NCBI GenBank assembly: GCA_965235115.1
Contig: OZ249436.1
Location: 21,888,001-21,952,000 of the forward strand
DNA: 64,000 nt
Direction: 5' to 3'
DNA from: Laetmonice hystrix
Taxonomy: Eukaryota
Shown here: one piece after another, positions 26,562 to 38,100 of the stretch
Position numbering within the stretch: the stretch's first letter is position 1
How the letters are laid out: each line of letters starts with the position of its first letter
Made by a program: the position numbers and the translations under genes
The notes under the pieces: model-generated
Told to the model about the DNA's origin: nothing
The model's input: the letters and a program-made list of their open reading frames with translations, nothing else
Database searches by the model: none

Positions 26562-28571
26562 CAGTCTCGGTAACGCCAGACTCTCAGATAAGAGAGTCTG
26601 GGAGAGTTCCGATCTTTCATTGTTACCGCATGGTGGCGCGTCGAACGTTTAGGAACATAAGCGGCTCGAGGAGGCCAGAGAAAAACAACCGACCTTTTCG
26701 CTTCACGAAAATTCGCTTGATAAAATTGCTCGACAAGACTACGTTTTACTAAGAAAAAGTCGTCATCATGTGTAAAATATGACTCTAGGCCCCCTATTTT
26801 GGCTATAGGCCTATAGGCCGACTGATTGCATTGTGCGGTGTAGAGCGAACACCTAGGCTGTGTGCATGTCAATTGTCCGTTGAAATTTGAAAAATCCTTA
26901 ATACTATCTTACTCAGTTCCTAAAGTTCTATGGTTCATACAATAAAGTTAATTGCTTATCAAACGACATATAGGCCCACTAGCCTATATGTAGGTGACCG
27001 ATTAAACAGACGCTGTCTCAGGTTTGGAAATATGTGATCTATGATATAGGCCCCTATGCCGTGCTGGGCAGTGGGCGGGCGCTTACTGGCTCACCCGCCG
27101 GGAGCGACCGGTGGGGGCCAGGGGCAGGGGAGCGAGGCGGCAGGCAGGCAAGACGCCAGAGTCCATGCAAGCAGGGATGATGCCGTCCTTGCAAAACGTC
27201 TCTAGACTAGAATATAAAACACACATTCCGCCCAATAGCGCTCCAATATTAGTTACGGGTTTTCCTATTAAACCGAGGCTGTCTCAGGCTTGAAAATATG
27301 GCAGACTCTGACTGCGTAAGGTCAGACTTGCAGGCTCAGCCCGGCGGGAGTGACCGAGCCCGAGGTGGCGGCCGGCGCTGCAGGCGGGGTAGGCCTACCG
27401 AAGTCTGTGCATGCATGCACTCGGAACACCGACGCTGCTTCTGATTGGCTGTTTCTAGGTCATATCCGGAGGCGAAGCAGGCCTCGGATGTATGAAGCGG
27501 CCATTTTCCCGTTTTTCGTGCAAAGTAGTGTAAAGCGGTCGCACATGAACACAAGAGTAAATAGTCGACCCCTACGCACAGGCACATAGGCCTTGTTCAA
27601 ATATAATTTCTCAGCATACCTATACCTCGAATTTTCTATCGTGGAGACAAAACAGTCTCTTCTTCACCTGGGAGGAAACCCAGATATTCTGACTTTGTAT
27701 AAAGTCCGACACTAGGGAGTTCTACATTTTCGGCACGGCGGCAGCGCGCGAGTTTGTTGTTTACATCCGGGTCAGTGGTCCCGACCTAGCCACCCACCCA
27801 CCCCACCCCCCAGCATGGCGACCTTCGTCGTACAGCCGAGATATGACGGAGTCAATCGTGGGTGAGCCGAGTGTGCATGCATGATGCCGCCGTTGGAGGC
27901 TTGTATAAAACGTCGCGAGAACGCTAAAACCAGCCGTTGATCAGCATGAGCAGACTTCCGCTAAATTTGACCAATCGGCTGCAAGACGACCGGATGCAGA
28001 ATTCCTGTAGCCTACTTTTTGAAAGCCGCTTATGTCTCGGAACAACGTCACAAACAGTAGATACAAAAGGTTATGATCCACTATTTATTTTCTTCTATAA
28101 TTTAATGTAATGTTTTGGCCATTTTCAATGTTTAAAATAATTTCTGCGAATGTCTGCTTGGCATGGCAGGTTAGATATGCATGTTTCCGACAATAAAAAC
28201 TCAATTTACGTATAGGTTGAATGATTAGATTTTATTTTATCGGAGCTTCTGTTACATGACCCCAGGTGGCACCACCAAATCGACCAGAATACAGGCCTGT
28301 GATACATAACATATTGGCTAAGATTTTCCAAGGAAAGTTAAGCAGATATTCTCTAATAATACACTGATATTATTGATCATAATAGTGAACTTTTTCTCTG
28401 TGGTATTTGATGAGCACATTCAGGGGGGTTATATCCATTCTTGGCCCTAGATACATTCACTCCATACCTTTTTGAGGGACAACCAGCAGCCCATTGGCTA
28501 AATAGGGGGTCATGACCAAAAGCTTCCAGACCCTCTGCTAGGGCCGCTGAGGGTCTGGATAATCGAGACTG
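26562..28571. mobile_element. Copy of 2-kb DNA-transposon-like insert
   Basis: Same TIRs and TSD. Confidence 0.8.
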
Positions 28572-28914
28572 GCCGGGGAGCGGTTTGACGCGTTGTCGCC
28601 AGACGGCCTTCAGTGCACAAGGCTATAGGTGGCGCTGTGGTCACCGTAAGTAAACCAAGGTATATGCTGATAACAGAAGTACATAAACATATTAGCCTAT
28701 GTTGTTTTATCATAACAAAGAAAAAGAAAAGTTCCTTCTTTTAAATCAGCATTTATTGTGAAAAATAGCAAGCTTGGATACCTTATCTCAGACCTAAGGC
28801 ATTTTCCAGTAAGGACCCCCCCCCCAAATGAAACATTCGTAGATGAAAAGACACCATTCTGGATGAGTTAGGTACTTGAACCACTCGACACTTCCCCTGT
28901 TCAGTAAATCAGAG

Positions 28915-29035
28915 AACTCACGTTTCTCCTCATTCCACGTATAAATCTTTCGCCTTTTACTAAAGATTTCCGTGGGGAGGAACATTACAATGAGTCTATA
29001 GACGAATTTTTGCATCCCTGCTCTAAGAGCGGGGT
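28915..29035 (+). ncRNA. U5: U5 snRNA (variant A)
   Basis: Identical to 758-878. Confidence 0.97.
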
Positions 29036-29960
29036 AAATGAATAATGAAGAATAGTCTCCTAACGCAAACTGATTCAGACGAAGAATGTTGTTTATGAAT
29101 AGGCCTAATTGGGATGGAAAATAAAAATTGTAACTAGTAAATGAAGAAAAAAAGATTACCGCAAGGAGATACATTCCAGTGCCTTTCAGAATTATTTGAG
29201 GAACATCTCCTCAAAGGGCTGGGTATTTAAAGCGAGGGAACTGAATGTTCTGCCTGAAGGCAGCATATAGGTACACGCTACAGTTAATGTTTTCTTTTTA
29301 TCATAAATATCTATTCTGCCTGAAAAAAACCCATCAAACACGCAATGTGCCCCCGGACGGGCGCGGTGACGACAGAGGTAGACCTACCTTCCCGTTGTCC
29401 TAAAGATTACCTACACACAGAAGCCTTAGAGCGTCTGTACTCTTTTCATGGTCTCGATGTATGGATCAATTTGACAAAACCAATGCGTCTAAGACAAATA
29501 AATTTTGCAGTCGTTCTTCAAGGCAGACTGCCCTTCAAGATGCTCTATTCTTAGCATATTTTGTCATTTGATCTGGGCCATGGCGTAAATTGGGCACTTT
29601 TGCTGTGCAATAAGTCGGCCGGGGAGCGGTTTGACACGTTGTCGCCAGACGGCCTTCAGTGCACAAGGCTAGGTGGCGCTGTGGTCACCGTAAGTAAACC
29701 AAGGTATTGCTGATAACAGAAGTTCATAAACATATTATGTTGTTTTATCATAACAAAGAAAAAGAAAAGTTCCTTCTTCTAAATCAGCATTAATTTTATT
29801 GTGAAAATAGCAAGCTTGGATACCTTATCTCAGAACTAAGGGCATTATCCTTTCAGTATTCCCAAATGAAAAAATGAAACCTTCGTAGATGAAAATACAC
29901 CATTCTTGATGAGTTAGGTACTTGAACCACTCGACACTTCCCCTCTTCAGTAAATCAGAG

Positions 29961-30081
29961 AACTCACGTTTCTCCTCATTCCACGTATAAATCTTTCGCC
30001 TTTTACTAAAGATTTCCGTGGGGAGGAACATTACAATGAGTCTATAGACGAATTTTTGCATCCCTGCTCTCAGAGCGGGGT
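29961..30081 (+). ncRNA. U5: U5 snRNA (variant B)
   Basis: Identical to 1804-1924. Confidence 0.97.
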
Positions 30082-30602
30082 AATTAAAAAAGGAAGAATA
30101 GTCTCCTAACGCAAACTGATTCAGACGACGAATGTTGTTTGTAAATAGGCCTAAATAAGATGGAAAAACAAAAATTGTAAAATAGTAAATGAAGAAATTA
30201 AGGTTACCGCAAGGAAATATATATTCCAGTGGTTTCAGAATTATTTTAGGAACATCTCCTCAAAGAGTGGGGAATTTAATGCAAAGGAACTGCATGTTCT
30301 GCCTGAAGGCGGCATTATGTACACGTTACAGGTATAAAATGTTTTCTTTTTATTATAAATGGTTATTCTGCCTGGAAAGAAACAAATAACACAAACACGT
30401 AATGGGCCCCCGGACGGGCGCGTTGGCAACAGAGGTAGACCTACCTGCCTGTTGTCCAAAAGATTACCTATAAATAAATTTTGCAGTTCTTGTTAAAAGG
30501 AGACTGCGCTTCAAGATACTCTATTCTTAGCATATTTTGTCATTTGATCTGGGCCATGGCACAAATTGGGCGCTTTTGCTGTGCAATAAGTCGGCCGGGG
30601 AG

Positions 30603-32591
30603 CAGTCTCGGTAACGCCAGACTCTCAGATAAGAGAGTCTGGGAGAGTTCCGATCTTTCATTGTTACCGCATGGTGGCGCGTCGAACGTTTAGGAACATA
30701 AGCGGCTCGAGGAGGCCAGAGAAAAACAACCGACCTTTTCGCTTCACGAAAATTCGCTTGATAAAATTGCTCGACAAGACTACGTTTTACTAAGAAAAAG
30801 TCGTCATCATGTGTAAAATATGACTCTAGGCCCCCTATTTTGGCTATAGGCCTATAGGCCGACTGATTGCATTGTGCGGTGTAGAGCGAACACCTAGGCT
30901 GTGTGCATGTCAATTGTCCGTTGAAATTTGAAAAATCCTTAATACTATCTTACTCAGTTCCTAAAGTTCTATGGTTCATACAATAAAGTTAATTGCTTAT
31001 CAAACGACATATAGGCCCACTAGCCTATATGTAGGTGACCGATTAAACAGACGCTGTCTCAGGTTTGGAAATATGTGATCTATGATATAGGCCCCTATGC
31101 CGTGCTGGGCAGTGGGCGGGCGCTTACTGGCTCACCCGCCGGGAGCGACCGGTGGGGGCCAGGGGCAGGGGAGCGAGGCGGCAGGCAGGCAAGACGCCAG
31201 AGTCCATGCAAGCAGGGATGATGCCGTCCTTGCAAAACGTCTCTAGACTAGAATATAAAACACACATTCCGCCCAATAGCGCTCCAATATTAGTTACGGG
31301 TTTTCCTATTAAACCGAGGCTGTCTCAGGCTTGAAAATATGGCAGACTCTGACTGCGTAAGGTCAGACTTGCAGGCTCAGCCCGGCGGGAGTGACCGAGC
31401 CCGAGGTGGCGGCCGGCGCTGCAGGCGGGGTAGGCCTACCGAAGTCTGTGCATGCATGCACTCGGAACAGGTTTCTAGGTCATATCCGGAGGCGAAGCAG
31501 GCCTCGGATGTATGAAGCGGCCATTTTCCCGTTTTTCGTGCAAAGTAGTGTAAAGCGGTCGCACATGAACACAAGAGTAAATAGTCGACCCCTACGCACA
31601 GGCACATAGGCCTTGTTCAAATATAATTTCTCAGCATACCTATACCTCGAATTTTCTATCGTGGAGACAAAACAGTCTCTTCTTCACCTGGGAGGAAACC
31701 CAGATATTCTGACTTTGTATAAAGTCCGACACTAGGGAGTTCTACATTTTCGGCACGGCGGCAGCGCGCGAGTTTGTTGTTTACATCCGGGTCAGTGGTC
31801 CCGACCTAGCCACCCACCCACCCCACCCCCCAGCATGGCGACCTTCGTCGTACAGCCGAGATATGACGGAGTCAATCGTGGGTGAGCCGAGTGTGCATGC
31901 ATGATGCCGCCGTTGGAGGCTTGTATAAAACGTCGCGAGAACGCTAAAACCAGCCGTTGATCAGCATGAGCAGACTTCCGCTAAATTTGACCAATCGGCT
32001 GCAAGACGACCGGATGCAGAATTCCTGTAGCCTACTTTTTGAAAGCCGCTTATGTCTCGGAACAACGTCACAAACAGTAGATACAAAAGGTTATGATCCA
32101 CTATTTATTTTCTTCTATAATTTAATGTAATGTTTTGGCCATTTTCAATGTTTAAAATAATTTCTGCGAATGTCTGCTTGGCATGGCAGGTTAGATATGC
32201 ATGTTTCCGACAATAAAAACTCAATTTACGTATAGGTTGAATGATTAGATTTTATTTTATCGGAGCTTCTGTTACATGACCCCAGGTGGCACCACCAAAT
32301 CGACCAGAATACAGGCCTGTGATACATAACATATTGGCTAAGATTTTCCAAGGAAAGTTAAGCAGATATTCTCTAATAATACACTGATATTATTGATCAT
32401 AATAGTGAACTTTTTCTCTGTGGTATTTGATGAGCACATTCAGGGGGGTTATATCCATTCTTGGCCCTAGATACATTCACTCCATACCTTTTTGAGGGAC
32501 AACCAGCAGCCCATTGGCTAAATAGGGGGTCATGACCAAAAGCTTCCAGACCCTCTGCTAGGGCCGCTGAGGGTCTGGATAATCGAGACTG
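30603..32591. mobile_element. Copy of DNA-transposon-like insert, 21-bp deletion allele
   Basis: Same TIRs and TSD; junction CGGAACAGGTTTCTAGG at ~31470. Confidence 0.8.
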
Positions 32592-32936
32592 GCCGGGGAG
32601 CGGTTTGACGCGTTGTCGCCAGACGGCCTTCAGTGCACAAGGCTATAGGTGGCGCTGTGGTCACCGTAAGTAAACCAAGGTATATGCTGATAACAGAAGT
32701 ACATAAACATATTAGCCTATGTTGTTTTATCATAACAAAGAAAAAGAAAAGTTCCTTCTTTTAAATCAGCATTTATTGTGAAAAATAGCAAGCTTGGATA
32801 CCTTATCTCAGACCTAAGGCATTTTCCAGTAAGGACCCCCCCCCCCCAAATGAAACATTCGTAGATGAAAAGACACCATTCTGGATGAGTTAGGTACTTG
32901 AACCACTCGACACTTCCCCTGTTCAGTAAATCAGAG

Positions 32937-33000
32937 AACTCACGTTTCTCCTCATTCCACGTATAAATCTTTCGCCTTTTACTAAAGATTTCCGTGGGGA
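32937..33000 (+). pseudogene. U5: 5' part of a U5 gene interrupted by the retrotransposon
   Basis: U5 sequence through loop 1 to ...TTCCGTGGGGA, then an abrupt switch to non-array sequence. Confidence 0.95.
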
Positions 33001-33103
33001 TTTGGAGAATACGGAGAATTTGGGTTGATTTGGATCGATCAGTTGTTAGATTTTGGTGGTTTTCTCCTTTTGGAGTCGTAGGTTGGTCAGTTGCCTTGAA
33101 ACT

Positions 33104-33324
33104 ACCCTTGGGACCGGGTCATAATAGGTCCTTGGTTTCGTTTCTAGGCTGACCTTTCATACTGTCCGCGGGACCCGGAATATAATAGGTCCTTTTCTAT
33201 TTGCATCCGTGGGGACCCGGATTAAAATAGGTCTCTCGTTCGCTTGGGTATCTGGTGGTAGCTTCCAGCCCAACGTGATAATTCTTTATGTTAATCCGTA
33301 GAGGTCCGGAATAAAATAGGCCTC
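33104..33324 (+). other. Four tandem predicted H-type RNA pseudoknots in the retrotransposon 5' UTR
   Basis: Motifs at 33104-33131, 33165-33192, 33205-33236 and 33295-33324 have two interleaved stems with compensatory changes and an A-rich loop. Confidence 0.7.
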
Positions 33325-33440
33325 CTTTTCCTTTCCTTCTCTCTTCTTTCACCGTGTAAATGGTCTTAGTTGCCGTCACGGTGTAAGCCAACCTCTCCCC
33401 TTTTCAGTTAATTTTGTTTTCCGCCTGCCACCCCGGTGGC

Positions 33441-35027
33441 ATGGCGACAGGCATGGAATTTGATTCGGACGACACGGATTTGGCCCTGGTTATAGACGAT
33501 AATATGGCTTCAACAACTTCTCCTCTACCTGTTGCGAGGAGCAGTCAGGTGGCAGAAACGTCGGGCGTACAATCTGGAGGCATCTCCAAAGAGTTAGCCC
33601 ATCATAGTTTTCAGAGGGATTTGATCTTGTCCTCTGATGAGGACGGATGGTCGGTCCAGAAAAAGAAAACAAAAGGTGGTCGGAAGGTGGGAGGGAAAGT
33701 TTTCCCTACGTCGAAGCCAGATGGCGCGGCACCCCCATCCAAGACCGTTAAATTGAATTCAGGGCGCTCAAAGCCAGTAAAAGTATCGAGAGTAGGGCAA
33801 GACCCTGTCTTCCTGAAAAAACCCTTCTCAATTGAGGAGCAAAAGGTAAGGGCTGAAAGCCTCATTGAGAGAAGTGCGGTTTTTAAGTTTGTTGACCGGG
33901 GTAGCCCCATCTTGCGGGATGATTTTGCGGAGCCCTTGTCGGCACTGATCGATCTGAAGGAAGTTTTGTTTTTGGCCAGTATAGGTCGGGGTGACGAGTG
34001 GCACGTTACCCTGACAAATACTGCAGCGAAGGCAGCCCTCTTAACGAGTGATGGGTTTTGTGTGGGGGGACGTAGGTGCTACGTCAAAGAGGATGACACG
34101 CTTAAGGGTCGAGGAGGGACTTTCTGCTACCCGGTAGTGCGTGTACATTGGAATAGTCCTTCTTTACCTTTGAATGTCGTGCCAGATATCCTGGGGGTCC
34201 ATGGTGACATAATATCTGATGTCTTTGAAGAGTCGTCATCATCGCGATTCCCAGGGGTGTTAACTGGGGTCCGCAAACTAGTGTTTAAAATCCCTACTAA
34301 AGATAAGAGAGCCTTTTTGGAGGATCTCCCACATTTGCTTCACCCGGAGTTTGATGGGGTGAAGTTTCGCTTGTTGGTGGTGGTCAACGGCCGGAAACCT
34401 TTGTGTTTGAGGTGCCAGAAGATGGGCCATCAATCCAAAAAATGCCTCGAGACTGAGTACTGTTCGTTTTGTCGTCTCTATGGCCATAGTACGGGGGTGT
34501 GTCCTAGGAAGGGTTCCTATGCGGCAAAGCTCTTAAGTGTCCCTCAGCAAGAGGCAGATCCTGTCCCGCCGGAAGTACCGGTGGTGGAGGACGAGACGCC
34601 GCAAGGTGCAGCGGAGGGTGGTCAACAGGCTGAGCCTGTTGAGGTCCCACAGGGAGGTGATGGTGGAGAGGAGTCCACTCCTATCGATTTGTCTAGCGAA
34701 TCCATGGGACGGAAGTCTGAGCATCCCGTGCAAAAACATCAGGCCCCTATTAAAGTTTCCGAGGGCGACGTGGAACCCCCCCAACCCATTGTAGAGGGCG
34801 ACGTACCTCAGAAACTCGAGCCGGCCCCTCAGCGGGCAAGTAGGAGATCGGATAGAGGGAAACGCTCTCATGTTCCCCAGGGAGCCGTAGCGGGAGCCTT
34901 GGCAGGGCTTGCTCCTAGAGAGACCTCAGCTCCGCCAACTCTGAGGGCGAAGCTAGAACCCCATCTTGGGCCCAAGAGTCTTTTGGGGGCAGAAGGGCTT
35001 AAAGAGGGCTCTTTCCAGCCTCCCTGA
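33441..35027 (+). CDS. Retrotransposon ORF1, nucleic-acid-binding (gag-like) protein
   Basis: Open frame from 33414 (TTG); first ATG at 33441. Two CX2CX4HX4C knuckles (CLRCQKMGHQSKKC, CSFCRLYGHSTGVC), basic N-terminal patch, low-complexity C-terminus; typical of Tx1 ORF1. Confidence 0.9.
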   Translation: MATGMEFDSDDTDLALVIDDNMASTTSPLPVARSSQVAETSGVQSGGISKELAHHSFQRDLILSSDEDGWSVQKKKTKGGRKVGGKVFPTSKPDGAAPPSKTVKLNSGRSKPVKVSRVGQDPVFLKKPFSIEEQKVRAESLIERSAVFKFVDRGSPILRDDFAEPLSALIDLKEVLFLASIGRGDEWHVTLTNTAAKAALLTSDGFCVGGRRCYVKEDDTLKGRGGTFCYPVVRVHWNSPSLPLNVVPDILGVHGDIISDVFEESSSSRFPGVLTGVRKLVFKIPTKDKRAFLEDLPHLLHPEFDGVKFRLLVVVNGRKPLCLRCQKMGHQSKKCLETEYCSFCRLYGHSTGVCPRKGSYAAKLLSVPQQEADPVPPEVPVVEDETPQGAAEGGQQAEPVEVPQGGDGGEESTPIDLSSESMGRKSEHPVQKHQAPIKVSEGDVEPPQPIVEGDVPQKLEPAPQRASRRSDRGKRSHVPQGAVAGALAGLAPRETSAPPTLRAKLEPHLGPKSLLGAEGLKEGSFQPP

Positions 35028-35125
35028 GTTTATCCATTTCTTAGGTCTTATCGCACATTTTAGTTAAAATACCTTTTGAATCAATTATTTGCATTTCCAA
35101 CGCCTGACAAATTACAAATTACCTG

Positions 35126-38100
35126 ATGGCGAAGTCGTTCAAAATCACTTCACTGAACTGTAAAGGGTTACAGAATCCTATAAAGTGTGATCTTTTGGGC
35201 AGTTATCTGGCCACTAGATCTTTTGATGTCCTGTTCCTACAAGAGACACATGTGGGTGGGGCAGAGGATCAGGATCGTGTGGAGTCTGCCTGCGGTGGAT
35301 CCGGTGTTTTTAGCTTTGGCCAGTCAGATAGTTCCGGAGTGGCGGTGATTTTTAGACGAGGCCTTGAGTATGACATTAAATCGTCTAGATGCGATGACAG
35401 TGGCAGGGTCACTTCAGTAGTGGCGGAAATAAATGGCCAGGTTTTTAATTTTATCAATATATACGCTCCAAATATTGCTGTCCAGAGGAAAGCTTTTATT
35501 TCAGGCTTGGCAGACTTTGTCATGTTTGAAACAGCTGTAATTTTGGCTGGAGATTTTAACTTTATAGAGGATGTCTTCATGGATAAGAAAGGTGGGAACC
35601 CAAAGAGAGGTCTGGGGGGCAAAGTGGAAATGGAGGCCCTGGCCGGCAGATTTAATTTATTGGATGTCTTCAGACATAAAAACCCGTCGAGAAAGGAATT
35701 CTCCTTTTCTGGGGCAGGAGTAGCCACCAGGCTTGACCGGTTTTATGTTACCAAGGATTTAGTCGAGAATGTTGAGAATGTTGGGTATGTTCCCTGTTCG
35801 TATTCTGATCATAAGATAGTTGACATGCAGCTATCTTGGAAGAGTATATCTGAGGACTTTCGTCATTCAGGTCTTTGGAAATGTAATGTAACGGTTTTAA
35901 AGGATATTGATTTTGTGCGAGACATGGAAATGGAGTGGCAGGTTTTAAGCCAGTCCAAAGTCAAAGATATGGTTTGGTGGGAAGACTGTAAAGTCCGTTT
36001 TAAATCTTTAATAATTAAACATTCCAAGCGGTTGGCTCGACAACGTAGACAACATGTTTTGCAGCTTGAGAAGTCGATTCTTTTCTTTCAAGCATTGGCT
36101 GATGGGGGCTTGGAGGATTTGGAATGTGTAGTAGATGGTCTTAAACTGGACTTGGAGCATTTGTTAGAAGAAAAACTGAAAGGGGCTAGGATAAGATCTC
36201 GTGTTCAACACGTGGAGAATGACGAAAAGCCTTCCCGTTTTTTCCTGAAGCAGGAGAAAATGAATGGAAGCGCGAAGGTTATTTCCGAACTAGAGGTTGA
36301 AGGTCGAGTCATAACTGATAAAATGGACATAGTGGCAGCTTGTCGTAACTTTTATAAATGTCTGTATACGAAGGAAGACATTGATCGAGAGGTAGCACAG
36401 AAATACCTGGATCGTCTTCCTCGGTTGGCCTCTGAAGGTAGAGCAGAGTGCGAGGGGTTTTTAAGTAAGGAGGAAGTATTTTCTTCCCTAAAGTCCATGA
36501 AGGATGGGAAAAGTCCGGGTGAGGACGGCCTCCCCCAGGAATTTTATGTTGGATTTTTTCATCTGTTTGGTGGTGATTTAGTCAATGTTTTTAATCAAGC
36601 CTTTCACGCAGGCGTCTTAGGCGAGTCCCTTAGGACAGGAGTCATTAGATTGATCTGTAAAGATGTAACAAAAAAAGAGAATTTAGGTTACTGGAGGCCT
36701 ATTTCTCTTCTTAACACCGATTATAAACTTATTTCAAAGTCCATTTGTAATAGAATGGTCAAGGTGTTGGATGAAATAGTACATGAAGATCAGACGTGTG
36801 CCATTAAGGGAAGGACTATACATGATAGTTTACACTTAATTCGATCTGTCATTGACTATGCCAATGACCATGATATACCGTGTGGGATTTTGAGTCTAGA
36901 TCAGGAAAAGGCCTTTGATAGGGTTTCTCACGAGTTCCTTTTCATGGCTCTACGAAGTTATGGTTTTGGCCCCGATTTGATTAGATGGGTCCGCCTTTTG
37001 TATACGGACATTAGTTCAAGGGTGTTTGTCAATGGTATACTGTCAAATGAGTTTGAAGTCCAACGTTCGGTGAGACAAGGTTGTGGTCTGTCTCCCCTTT
37101 TATATGTTTTAGTTATCGAACCACTTGCAGTTATGATGAGAGCTGACTTCCGTATGGAAGGGCTCAAAATCCCTGGCTCACCAAGGACGGTTCAACTTGT
37201 GCACTATGCCGACGACATGAACCCAGTTGTTACATCGGAGAGAGCAGTGAGAGTCGCTCTGGAAATTGTTAATGAGTTTGGGCGGGCATCTGGGGCCAAG
37301 CTTAACAGACGCAAGTCAAAAGGCATGTGGGTTGGGAAGTGGAGGCACCGAAAGGGTGTTTTGCATGGTATTGATTTTAGTTGCGAAAGTTTAAAGTGTC
37401 TGGGAGTAGTTTTTGGTAGACACCAAAGTGAGTGGCAAAAATTGAATTGGGAACCGCTGGTCGAGAAATTGGCTAAAGTATTGGAAGGCTGGAAAGTTCG
37501 TAAAATGACGCTAGCAGGCAGAGCAGTTATTCTGAACACGGTGGCCTTATCCAAATTGTGGCACCGTGGACAAGTCATTCATATGAATGATAAGTACATT
37601 AAGAAGTTCGAGCGTATTATCTACAAGTTTCTTTGGCCTGGTGGGGCGGAGAGGGTCCAACGAAGAGTCATGGTTCTGGATAGAGTCAGGGGAGGTGTTG
37701 GCCTCGTCGACCTTGGCTCGAAGTTGGAATCATTTCGAATTAGCCATATTGGCAAGTTATTGAGAAGCCAGCTAGCCCAGAAATGGTCCGAGTTTGCTGT
37801 TTTTTATTGTGGTTTTCAGTTGAGGGCAGAAAGGCCCGAGTTTGGGAGTAATTCTAGACCTCATGCTTGGAACATTTCTCTCTTTTACGAAAGGTGTCTT
37901 CGGGAATGGAAGAAGTTTAATGAAAGTCAGAATGTCTCTTTGCAGAGCCTTACAAGTGGCGACATTTACAAAGTGTTGACCAAGAAATGGGTCATTGTGC
38001 CACTGGTTGCAACCAAGTCTGTGAACATTTTTGTTGATTTTAGTGTTTGTTGGAATAACTGTTGCCACTGGTTCCTCCCGTCGGAAATCAAAGAATTTGC

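Noticed and set aside
33001..33200. Possible HDV-like or hammerhead ribozyme at the retrotransposon 5' end
   Set aside because: I could not fit the nested double pseudoknot or the CTGANGA/GAAA cores by eye; the motifs present are simple H-type pseudoknots. Not excluded without a descriptor search.
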